Shown: positions 23,819 to 34,900 of the stretch, one piece after another
Position numbering within the stretch: the stretch's first letter is position 1
How the letters are laid out: every line of letters begins with the position of its first letter
NCBI RefSeq assembly: GCF_006345805.1
Contig: NC_043003.1
Span: 89,590,001-89,654,000 of the forward strand
Source of the DNA: Octopus sinensis
Lineage: Eukaryota
Length of the DNA stretch: 64,000 nt
Direction: 5' to 3'
Notes under the pieces: generated by a model
Databases searched by the model: none
What the model was told of the DNA's origin: nothing
Seen by the model: only the letters and a program-made list of their open reading frames with translations
Made by a program: the position numbers and the translations under genes

Positions 23819-25438
23819 CAGTTGCGGCCAAAATGTTCAGAACGGCATTGTTTTCGTCAGAAAAGTAGGTATAAGTTTTTATCAAAGTTGTTTTTTATTC
23901 TATAATTTTCACAGACAATAAATACGATATTATTTGTTATTGTCTGAGATTTTGATGTACTTTGAGTGGATAATACAAAATTTATGGATAATATAGTGAT
24001 TTACTGCAAAACCCATGGTGCCCAAAATGATCAGAACGGTTGAAAAAATAACAAAATAATCAAAAATGACAGAGAATGCTGGAATTATTTCATATTTAAT
24101 GTGATGCCCTTTAGCTTCAATCAAACTTTGACATCTTCGACTGCATGAAGAAATTAAATTTTCAATTTCTTGCTGGGTGATCTTATTCCATTCTTCCTGA
24201 AGGGCATTCCATAATTGCTCGGTTGTTTTAGGAATTCTGGCTTTCGAACGTTCTCCTAGAATATTCCACTCATTTTCAAAAGGATTGAGATCTGGGCTTT
24301 GAGCAGGCCAATCCATAACAATAATCTTTCCAGCCTTGAGGAAGTTCATGACCACCTTAGCTTTGTGACATGGGACATTGTCCTGCATGAATATGGGTGG
24401 TCGCTTAGTTGAATTTCTCAGCACAGGCAAGACATGATCTTTTACAAGTTGTTTATAAACTCCTGCATTTACCTTTCCATGTAATCGCACCAAAGGGCCC
24501 ACACCATCTCCAGATATCATTCCCCAAACCATGACACTTCCTCCACCGAATTTAACACTAGTCTTAAGGCATTTAGGCGACAATTTTTCACCTGCTTTTC
24601 GACGAACGTACCTTTTCCCATCTGAGCCAAATAACATAGACTTAGGTTCATCACTGAAATGCACCGTTTGCCATTTTTCTTGAGACCACAACACATGTTC
24701 GGTTGCAAAGGTAAGACGACACTTGGAGATGATCAGTGGCTTCACTGTAGGTGCTCTTGCTTGTAGGTCATGTTCAACTAAACGACGAGACACAGTTTTT
24801 CGAGATAAAGTTTTCTTCAGTACAATGCTCATTTCCCGAAAAACAGCAGCAGCAGTTTTAAATCTATCCTTTTTAACCAACTTTACCATAGCACGATCTT
24901 CTCTCTTGGTCGTTTTTCTTGGCCTACCTGTAGACTTTCTTGTTTCACACGAACCACAATCATCATAGACCTTAAGAATACCTTGAACAACACTTTTTGA
25001 CTTGTTAACAATCTTTGCAATAGACCCAATACTTAAATTATCCATCTTTCGAAGCTTAATAATCTGCTGACGAATTGGTAACGGAGTAAGTGGCATTATA
25101 TTAACAAAGTACACTGCAGATATTCTTACTAATGTTTAGTAAACGAACTGTCGCGTAAACAAATTCAAAACATTAGAGTTCGACGGTTAAATATACTAAA
25201 ACATGGAGTAAAAGCAACCGTTCTGATCATTTTGGCCGCCATGGTTTTTGCAGTAAATCACTAAATCATCCATAACTTTTGTATTATCCTCTCAAATTAC
25301 ACCAAAATCTCAGACAATAACCAATAATATCGTATTTATTGTCTGTGAAAATTATAAAATATGAAACTACTTTGATAAAAACTTATACATACTTTTCTGA
25401 CGAAAACAATGTCGTTCTGAACATTTTGGCCGCAACTG
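23819..25438 (-). mobile_element. Tc1-family transposon with about 220-bp TIRs (IR/DR type)
   Basis: TA|CAGTTGCGGCCAAAATGTTCAGAAC...GTTCTGAACATTTTGGCCGCAACTG|TA. An inner repeat CCAAAATGATCAGAACGG occurs near 24021 and, inverted, near 25218. Confidence 0.97.
23930..25096 (-). CDS. Tc1 DD34E-type transposase, open frame with C-terminal read-through
   Basis: GRPRK, FSDE, GGGSVMVWG, FMQDNVPCH and WPAQSPDLNPFE. Confidence 0.9.
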   Translation of the reverse strand: MPLTPLPIRQQIIKLRKMDNLSIGSIAKIVNKSKSVVQGILKVYDDCGSCETRKSTGRPRKTTKREDRAMVKLVKKDRFKTAAAVFREMSIVLKKTLSRKTVSRRLVEHDLQARAPTVKPLIISKCRLTFATEHVLWSQEKWQTVHFSDEPKSMLFGSDGKRYVRRKAGEKLSPKCLKTSVKFGGGSVMVWGMISGDGVGPLVRLHGKVNAGVYKQLVKDHVLPVLRNSTKRPPIFMQDNVPCHKAKVVMNFLKAGKIIVMDWPAQSPDLNPFENEWNILGERSKARIPKTTEQLWNALQEEWNKITQQEIENLISSCSRRCQSLIEAKGHHIKYEIIPAFSVIFDYFVIFSTVLIILGTMGFAVNHYIIHKFCIIHSKYIKISDNNK

Positions 25439-25699
25439 TATATATATATATATATATTAAAATCAAAATGAGGGTGAAAAATTGTATATTAATTTAATAA
25501 TATCAGTTTAACACCAATGGTTTAGCGCATAAAAAACTGAGATTCAGTAAATATTATTAATACATATACATGTATGTATACGTATGTATACGTATGCATG
25601 TATACGTTCATGGTGTGCTAAATTTTTTCTTGAGAACAACTTTTAGTGGCTAGCGTAAGGGAGTTCACTTTTAGTGGATGCCCTCTCATATATGTATTC

Positions 25700-25733
<34 letters not shown>

Positions 25734-25759
25734 TAAAGCAGCAGAAAATTCAACAAAAT

Positions 25760-25797
25760 CTGTTACTCTGAGTTTCTCGTTGCCGTTCATCAGACAG
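25760..25797 (-). ncRNA. Minimal hammerhead ribozyme motif
   Basis: CTGT-CTGATGA-ACGGCAACGA-GAA-ACTCAGAGT-A-ACAG. Confidence 0.8.
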
Positions 25798-25820
25798 TTT
25801 TTGCTAGATTCCAGCAAAAA

Positions 25821-25858
25821 CTGTCCGATGAACGGCAACGTGAAACTCAGAGTAACAG
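25821..25858 (+). ncRNA. Minimal hammerhead ribozyme motif (U4C variant)
   Basis: CTGT-CCGATGA-ACG GCAA CGT-GAA-ACTCAGAGT-A-ACAG. Confidence 0.7.
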
Positions 25859-25960
25859 GTTTTGTTGAATTTTCTGCTGCTTTAAATAAAGCATATTACT
25901 CTACCACTGGTATTTGAGTACTCTTTTTTCCACCTTGTTTCACATTTATGTGTTTACTCC

Positions 25961-26021
<61 letters not shown>

Positions 26022-26454
26022 CAAACTTACTTAGAAATGGATGCGTGCGTTCTGTCAAGTAATAACAAATTAATAAATAAAACATATGCATATATACATA
26101 CATATATGTACGTACCTACATCTACATGTATATATACATGCATATATGGGTACAGGACATCAAAAAAAAAAACGTCGAACACAATGAGAAACGAAAAGAT
26201 AAACACAAAACCAAGGAACTGGACATTTTTCTTAAACAACGAAAAAATAGAGTACAGGACAAATAACACAAGGAAAATTATATTTATATATTTATATATA
26301 CTTTATGCACAATTTTATAGACTTCATACAACGCACTCATAAAATATATATTCACTCATATTTTTCCATTTTTTCCCGTAAAAAAATATCCTGCACATAT
26401 AGTACAAACTTTAGTTACGTTGCATATATCTGCCACGTAAAATAACGTGAATAT

Positions 26455-26830
26455 TTCATGCATGTATTTATGTAATTATGCATGTATGCGTGTGTGTATG
26501 TATAAATGCATGTAAGTGTGTATGTATGTACGTATGTGAGTATGTATGTATGTATGTATGCATAAATGTATATATGAATGCATGTATGTATGTATATATG
26601 CATGTATGCATGCATGATTGCAAGCATGCTTCTATGTATGTATGTATGCATATATGCATGTATATATGTGTGTATGTATCTTTGCATATATGCCTGTATA
26701 TATGCATGTATTTATGTATGTATATATGTATATGACTATGTATGCATCCATGCATGCATGTATGTTTGTATGTATGTATGTGTACATGCATGCCTACATG
26801 TATGCATGTATGTATGCATGTATGAATGTA
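26455..26830. repeat. Degenerate (TATG/CATG)n
   Basis: Direct reading of the sequence. Confidence 0.9.
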
Positions 26831-28101
26831 CGAGGGGCGTTCAATAAGTAATGCCCCTGACCCACTTGCAATTGTTTGATCTAGCTGAAATTGTGCATGT
26901 GCACTTATTTATACCTCTATAGATTAAGTGGCGAATTACAGCTCTGAACTAATTGTGGTTTTCTGATTTACAGGTGTTTGAACTGAGTCAAGTGTGAAAC
27001 GGAGCCTGTTGAGTGTCGAGCAGTGATCTGGTTTTTGTATTTGAAAGGACGCACACCACGGGAGACTTTTGATGAAATGAAAGTAACTTATGGTGATGAT
27101 GCCCCATCATATGACCTTGTAAAACGTTGGCATTGTGAATTCAAACATAGTCGGAACTCTGTGGAAACAGCTCCCAGATCTGGTCGCCCCCTTCTGCCGT
27201 TGATGAGACGTTTGTCCGTCAAGTTGAGGCTGCCAATTTGGAAGGTCAACGCATTACTATTCGCCAAATAGCCCATAAGGTCAAGATTAGTACCGGGTCT
27301 GTGGAAACTATCATTCATGACCATTTGCATATGCAAAACGTGTCTGCCAGATGGATTTCCAGGTTGCTCACACCTTTCCAGAAGCAAGAACGCGTTGAGT
27401 GCTCGAGGATGAATTTGGAGATGTGCCAAGAAGATGAGTCAAAATTTTTCAAAAGGCTGATCACACAGGATAAAACCTGGGTCCATCACTATGATCCATA
27501 GACCAAAGCCCAGTCAATGCAGTGAAAGCACCGTAACTCACCTCCTCCAAAGAAGGCAAGGGTGCAGCCCTCCGCTGACAAGGTTATGCTCACAGTCTTC
27601 TGGGACCAGGACGGAGTAGTGATGACAGATTTCCTGGCAAAGGGTACCACAATTACAGGAGCCTATAATGCTTCACTTTTGAGGAAATTAAAAGAAGCTA
27701 TCAAAATCAAGAGGCAGGGCAAGATCAGCAAAGGCATCCTCCTTCTGCAGGACAACGCTCCGGTCCACAACTCGCGTGTCGCCAGATCAGAAGCACAGGC
27801 GTGCAGCTATGAACTCCTCCCCTTGCACCCTCTGATTTTCACCTCTTCCCAGCCATGAAGTTGATTTTGAAAGGAAAGCGTTTCCCAGATGATGCAGCCT
27901 TGATTTCTGAAGTCACGTCATGGTTGGAGGACCAAGCTGGGGTCTTCTACAAAAACGGTCTCCAGAGCTGTATCAAACGATGGGAGAAATGCATAACTCT
28001 GGGTAGTTCCTATGTAGGAAAAGACTAATAACTGTGCCAAGTGTCGTTGCTCTACTGCTATGGGAAGTGTGCCAGGGGCATTACTTATTGAACGCCCCTC
28101 G
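26831..28101 (+). mobile_element. Mariner transposon, full length, with a pseudogenised transposase
   Basis: Perfect 29-bp TIRs CGAGGGGCGTTCAATAAGTAATGCCCCTG with TA on both sides. Motifs PRSGRP, ITQDKTWVHHYDP, KVMLTVFWD and LQDNAPVH, broken by stops and frameshifts. Confidence 0.97.
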
Positions 28102-28106
28102 TAAGC

Positions 28107-28694
28107 ATACATCAACTGGAACGTTTCCATCAGATGTGCCTCAGACGGATCTATGGCATTAAGTGGAAGGCCCGCATCAGCTATTGATCGTAGCAGGTGG
28201 AGAAGGATTGTGCACGAGGGGACAGCCACTTTTGAGAAATCTCGAGTTGCGCATGAGAAAGTAAGGAGGGAAGTCGGGAAGGGCTTCGCTGTTACACTTC
28301 CAGATGGGAAGGGTCTTCCTATGATACTGACATGCAGTGTTTGTGCAAGACCCTGCCTCAGTAAAGCTGGACTCAAGAGTCATCTTCGTAGTCATAAAGC
28401 GAGACAGATGAGAGACAACCTGGCCACTGGTGGTGGTGTAACACACCATACTAATCATATCTGTCGGGCATGTGGAAGAGAGTGTAATTCGGCAGGAGGA
28501 CTTAAACGACATGCAAAGGTACATGAAGCCCAGTTACAACGACAGCCGGCTATTACCAATAAAGGTTTTAGTTGCCAATTTTGTACTAGACATTGTATAT
28601 CTTTAGCTGGCTAAAAAGTCACATTCGATCGCAGCACCAGTAACAGTTAAGCTTTATGCAATGGCCATACTCGATAACGAGGGGGCAGTCATAA
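28107..28694 (+). mobile_element. 3' fragment of an RTE-like LINE with three C-terminal C2H2 fingers
   Basis: AIDRSRWRRIV, CSVCARPCLSKAGLKSHLRSH, CRACGRECNSAGGLKRHAKVH and CQFCTRHC. The tail ATACTCGATAACGAGGGGGCAGTCATAA runs into (TGTA)n. Confidence 0.85.
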
Positions 28695-28776
28695 TGTATG
28701 TATGTCTATATATGTATGTATATATGTAAATATGTATGTATGTGTATGTATGTATGTATGTATGTATGTATGTATG

Positions 28777-28807
<31 letters not shown>

Positions 28808-30388
28808 GTATGTATGCATGTATGAATGTAGGTATGCATGTATGCACGCATGCAAGCATGCCTGCATGGATACATATGTATGTATGTATGCATGTATACA
28901 TATATGTGTGTATGTATGTAAGCATGTATGCAGGCATGTATGACAGTATGTATTTATGTATGCGTGTATATCTGCCTACATGCATGAATGCATGTGTGTA
29001 CGTATGTATATATATGTATGCATGCATACTTGTATGTATGTATGTATGCATGAATGAATGTATGCATGTATACATGCATGTTTGTATGTATGTAGATATG
29101 TATGCATGTAAGCATATGTATGTTTGTAGGTATGCATGTATGTATGTATGCACACATTCATATAAGTATGCATGTATGTATGTATTTATATATGTATGCG
29201 AGTATGCATGTATGTATGTGTATGTACGCGCATGCATACATGTATGCATGTATGTATGTATGTGTGTATGTATGTATGCATGCATACATGCATGCAGGTA
29301 TGTATGTATGTATGTATGCGAGTATGCATGTATGTATGTGTATGTACGCGCATGCATACATGTATGCATGTATGCATGCAGGTATGTATGTATGTATGTA
29401 TGCGAGTATGCATGTATGTATGTGTATGTACGCGCATGCATACATGTATGCATGTATGTATGTATGTGTGTATGTATGTATGCATGCATACATGCATGCA
29501 GGTATGTATGTATGTATGCATGTATTCACGCATGCAAGCATGCATGCATGAATATATATTTATGTATGTATGCATGTATACATGTATGTATGCATGTATC
29601 CACTCATTAATGCTTGTATGTATGAATTTATGTATGCGTGTATGCCATCCTGCATGCATGCATGTATATATGTATGTATGCATGTTTGAATGTATGTATG
29701 CAAGTTTGTATATACGTATGCATGCATGTATTCATGTTTACATGCATGTTGGTATGTTTGCACATTAGTATACATTTATGCATTCATGCATTTATCCATG
29801 CATGCATGCATGTATGTATGTATGTATGTAAGTATGCATGTATGCATGTATTTATCTATATATGCATATATACATGTATGTATTTATGTATGTATCTATG
29901 TATATATGATTGTATGTATGCATGCATTTACGCTTATAATATTGTATGAATGTATGTATGCATGGAGAAGAGCTTGTATGCATGTCTATATGTATGTATG
30001 TGTACATGCATGCATGTATGTATGTGTTCGTGTATGAAAGTATGTATGTAGGTATGCATGCATGCATATATTTATGCATGTATACATATATGTATGCAGG
30101 TATGGCGGCATGCATATATGTATGTATGTATTATGTAAGAATGTATTTATTGATGTATGCATGTATGTATGTAGGTATTTACCGACGTCTGTATATAAGC
30201 ATACATGCATGCATGTATGTTTGTATGTATTTATGCATGCATGCATGTACGTATTTATGTTTATGTGTATGTATGTAGGTATGTAGGCATGTATGTATGA
30301 ATGCTTGCATGTAAGCATGTATGAATGTATATATGTATGCATGCATGCATGTATGTATGTATTTATATAAGTATGCATGCCTGCATGG
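28695..30388. repeat. Long degenerate (TATG/CATG)n with higher-order repeats
   Basis: Direct reading of the sequence. A block beginning GTATGCGAGTATGCATG recurs near 29194, 29314 and 29398. Confidence 0.9.
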
Positions 30389-30395
30389 CTACATG

Positions 30396-30520
30396 TTGCC
30401 AATTCTGTACAAGACATTGTAGATCTTTAGCTGGGCTAAAAAGTCACATTCGATCACAGCATCAGTAACAATTAAGCTTCGTGCAATGGCCATACTCGAT
30501 AACGAGGGGTCAGCCATAAA
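30396..30520 (+). mobile_element. Short 3' end of the same RTE-like family
   Basis: Matches 28571-28694. Confidence 0.85.
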
Positions 30521-30639
30521 AATGTATGTATATATGTATGCATGTATGTATGCATTTATGCATGCATGCACGAATGCATACATACATGCATATATACATT
30601 CCTACATATATACATACCTACATACCTACATACATACAT

Positions 30640-31144
30640 GGTGGCTGCCCCCTCGTTATCGAGTATGGCCATTGCACGAAGCTTAATCAATGTTGTTATC
30701 GTGCAATGCCTGTGCAAGAAGATTTTTTTTAAAGTGAGGAAAGGCCGTGCACTGAGTCAATCCCACTCACTAAGCAAGAGCAGCCATAATCCGAAAAGAA
30801 GAACAGGTCAACATCATCTGTAACCACTGAGCCGCAGTTTTATGTCAGAGTTATCTCAGTTACCTGAGTTACCTTCTCCTAGAGGGATGTCCCAATGGTT
30901 TAACCGCGTGATCGGGTATTCAGTCCGATTATTTCTATGTCCCTGCGCGCATGATACATCCTTAAGACATTTATTGGATGGCCGTTGACTCTCAAGAGTT
31001 CCTCCGCCCTTTGACGGGTTTTGTTTTTCATCCCGCAGGGTGTCCAATAAACACTCTCCTCACCAAGCAAGCTTGGTGGGGTTGCCGGTTTAGTCGCCGA
31101 CGATCCGACCATGCAACAGGTTGTACTGGGTTACATGTTACCAA
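30640..31144 (-). mobile_element. Bipartite non-autonomous RTE derivative (5' UTR-like part fused to the 3' tail)
   Basis: The 3' tail matches the RTE copies (AAGCTTCGTGCAATGGCCATACTCGATAACGAGGGGGCAGCC). The upstream part has CTAGGAGAAGGTAACTC, which resembles RTE 5' UTR motifs. Confidence 0.65.
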
Positions 31145-31599
31145 TACATACATACCTACATACGTACATTCATACCTACGTACATATGTCATACCTACAT
31201 ACAGACATACCTATATACATACATACATACATACATAACTAAATACCAACCTACAGATATACATACATACTTACATATCTACATACATTTATAGATACAT
31301 ACTTACATACCTACATAACTATATACATACATACATACATACATACATTCCTACGTACATGCATACCGACATCCGTACATACATACATACATACATTCAT
31401 ACCTACATACATACATACATACATACATACATACATACATACAGTCCTACATACATACATACATACATACATACATAATACCTACATACCTACATACCTA
31501 CATACATGCATGCATACATACATACATACATACATACATACATACATACATACATACATACATACATACATACATACATACATACATACATACATACAT
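31145..31599. repeat. (CATA)n microsatellite
   Basis: Direct reading of the sequence. Confidence 0.95.
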
Positions 31600-32426
31600 T
31601 ATGGCTGCCCCCTTGTTATCGAGTATGGTCATTGCACGAAGCTTAACTGTTACTGGTGCTGTGATCGAATGTAACTTTTTAGCCCAGCTAAAGATCTACA
31701 ATGTCTTGTACAGAATTGGCAACTAAAACCTTCACTGGTAATAGCCGGCTGTAGATGTAACTGGGCTTCATGTACCTTTGCATGTCGTTTAAGTCCTCCT
31801 GCCGAATTACATTCTCTTCCACATACCCGACAGATATGATTAGTGTGGTGTGTAACACCACCACCAGTGGCCAGGTTGTCTCTCATCTGTCTCGCTTTAT
31901 GACTACGAAGATGAATCTTGAGTCCAGCTTTTCTGAGGCAGGGTCTTGCACAAACACTGCATGTCAGTATCATAGGAAGACCCTTCCCATCTGGAAGTGT
32001 AACAGCGAAGCCCTTCCTGACATCTCTCCTTACTTTCTCACGTGCACCTCGAGATTTCTCAAAAGTAGCTGTCCCCTCGTGCACAATCCTTCTCCACCTG
32101 CTACGATCAATAGCTATGCCCTCCCATGTGTCAGGAGAGATGCAAGCATCTCTTGAGGAAGCCTTCAGCAAGTCTTTATACCTCTATTTTGGTTTATGTG
32201 GAGGTCGTTCTCCTTTAGCTAACTCTCCATAAAAGAGTTGCTTTGGCATCCTTGAATCCTTCATCCTGACCAGATGACCACTCCATCTGAGCCTTTGCTT
32301 TAACACAGGAGCTTCTATACTTTCACACCGAGAGCCTTCCAATATTTCAAGATCACTGATGCGGGCCTTCCACTTAATGCCATAGATCCGTCTGAGACAC
32401 ACCTGATGGAAATGATCCAATTGTTT
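31600..32426 (-). mobile_element. 3' fragment of an RTE-like LINE with three C2H2 fingers
   Basis: CLRRIYGIKW, RLRWSGHLVRMKDSRMPKQLFYGEL and WEGIAIDRSRWR, followed by three C2H2-like fingers. Confidence 0.9.
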
Positions 32427-32898
32427 ATACATACATTCATACATGTATACATGCATATATGCATGCATACATACATACATACATGCATGCATACATACAA
32501 GCATGCATACATGCATCCAGGCATGCATACTTATATAGATACATACATGCATGCATGCTTACACACATACATACATGCATACATATATGCATACTTACAT
32601 ACACGAATACTTACATGCATACATGCATGCATACTTGCAACCATGCATACATACGTACATATATACATACATACATTGATGCATACGTACATGCATGCAT
32701 ACATACATGCATACAAAAAAGACATTATTACAAATATATGTTAGCAGGTTGATAAGAAGATTATATTAATAAAAAAATCACTGAAGTCCATAGTTCTCAC
32801 CAAAAAATCTGTCAAATTATTGCAAATAAGCCTGAAAAAGTGAATAAAATTTCAAATGCGAAGTTGTTTTTTAGGGTATTATTAACTCCATTGTGACT

Positions 32899-32903
32899 TA
32901 CTA

Positions 32904-32956
<53 letters not shown>

Positions 32957-33008
32957 ACTACTACTGCTGCTGCTGCTGTTGCTGCTGCTGTTGCTGCTGC
33001 TGCTGCAG
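32899..33008. repeat. (CTA)n(CTG)n trinucleotide repeat
   Basis: Direct reading of the sequence. A similar tract lies at 33796-33860. Confidence 0.9.
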
Positions 33009-33434
33009 CAGAATAACCGATTATATCTGAGAAAGACGATAATGTGTATCACAGAAAAATGTTTCAAGTAGTTTTGAATGCTCACAGTTGTAAACCCCTA
33101 TAATCCACTGATTAAAGCACTGGCCTCCGACTGCGGATCCTAGTCCTGTTAGAGGTAACTGGGACATTAGAACTTCTCACCTGAGTTTATCTCAATAGTT
33201 AACTTTTCTTGGGAAACATCGTTCTCTGTGTGGTTAGTTACTACTACGGAAGATTTCATTGCTTTACAATGTTTAATAAATGAACGAAAAATATTTTACC
33301 TCACCTTTTATGATCCAAAATTAGATGAGATTCAATGGAACGGAAATCGAAAGGAAAGGAATGTGTTAATCTCACCTAGTTCAGATAAGAAAATGAATTG
33401 AAGAAAAAAAAATGACGAAAAATATATGTCCCTA

Positions 33435-33507
33435 TACCTCTGACGGGACTCGAACCCGCAATCCCCGGCTTAGGAGGCCGGTGCCTTATCCATTGGGCCA
33501 CAGAGGC
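33435..33507 (-). tRNA. tRNA-Arg (anticodon CCT)
   Basis: GCCTCTGTGGCCCAATGGATAAGGCACCGGCCTCCTAAGCCGGGGATTGCGGGTTCGAGTCCCGTCAGAGGTA. All stems pair, the GTTCGA T-loop is present, and T-runs downstream could act as a Pol III terminator. Confidence 0.95.
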
Positions 33508-34088
33508 TCCCAGTGCTAAATGGGTAAAAAATACTTAATATAACAAATTTCTACACTGAGTATTGCGTCTGTGTGCAGTTGTTTGGTTTGTTGCTGCAGT
33601 TGCATTTAGTTCTACAACATTGATGCAGATGTAGCAGTAACAACAGCAGTCGTCTCGTCATACTTGCAGAAGTAGTTGTTGTTTAGCACTGAATCAGCTC
33701 TGAACTACTAGATGTGTGATCTAAGACATTCTAACCATGACCATCACGTCTCATCAGACATTTTTTTTATTTTTTAAGTCTACATTTTTCACTGTTACTA
33801 CTACTACTACTACTACTACTGCTGCTGCTGCTACGGCAACTGCTACTGCTGCTGCTGTTGCTTCGTTTTCATACTATAGTTGTAAGGTGTGATTTGCGAG
33901 AGATTTGGCTGTTGTTTCTAGCAAGTTCCTACGACAACGGAGAATCACATTGACTGGTTGCTGTTGCTCTTGTCTTTTGCTGTTGTTGCTCTACCTGACC
34001 CAATGTACTCCACACACACACATACCCCCCCACCACCACCAGCACCAGGGGTTGTAAATAATTTATTGAAACCAAGGTCCACTATCAA

Positions 34089-34900
34089 AATAGATAGAGA
34101 TAGCGTAGGATGTCCACAATTCTACATAGTCAGCTACACGGATCACAAACTTGTGACATGTACGCTAGACTTAGGTAAGACACGTAGGCAGGGTCCCGGA
34201 TACTGGAAACTAAACGCGTCTTTCCCATCGAGACAGGTTTTCAGAGACCGGATTAGCACACTAGTAAAGAGGGCTTTGGCGGGAGCCATCATCAACAACA
34301 AATGGTGGTTTGCTCTCAAGAGAGCAGTAAAAGCAGAAGCGATTAGGTACAGCAAAGCACTAGCCATGGATAGAAACAGAGTAGAGGGTGAGCTAGTTAA
34401 GAAGCTAGAAGAGGCAATTAGAAGCGGCATCGCATCCGACGTTTTGGCGGCGAGGTTGGCCCTCGACCAACACTTCAACGCCAAACACGACACACCCTTC
34501 GTGTTTGGCGTTGAAGTGTTGGTCGAGGGCCAACCTCGCCGCCAAAACGTCGGATGCGATGCCGCTTCTAATTGCCTCTTCTAGCTTCTTAACTAGCTCA
34601 CCCTCTACTCTGTTTCTATCCATGGCTAGTGCTTTGCTGTACCTAATCGCTTCTGCTTTTACTGCTCTCTTGAGAGCAAACCACCATTTGTTGTTGATGA
34701 TGGCTCCCGCCAAAGCCCTCTTTACTAGTGTGCTAATCCGGTCTCTGAAAACCTGTCTCGATGGGAAAGACGCGTTTAGTTTCCAGTATCCGGGACCCTG
34801 CCTACGTGTCTTACCTAAGTCTAGCGTACATGTCACAAGTTTGTGATCCGTGTAGCTGACTATGTAGAATTGTGGACATCCTACGCTATCTCTATCTATT
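34089..34900. repeat. Long inverted repeat (402-bp arms, 8-nt spacer) of L1/Tx1 ORF2 sequence
   Basis: 34089-34490 is the reverse complement of 34499-34900. The same peptide appears on both strands in the ORF track. Confidence 0.97.

Larger units (their letters stand above)
25728..25890. repeat. Fold-back palindrome (78-bp arms, 7-nt loop) with a hammerhead motif in each arm
   Basis: Arms 25728-25805 and 25813-25890, with three mismatches seen. Confidence 0.95.

Noticed and set aside
33958-34584. 208-aa plus-strand ORF with a signal-peptide-like start
   Set aside because: It arises from simple repeats running into the inverted LINE arm and has no ATG start.
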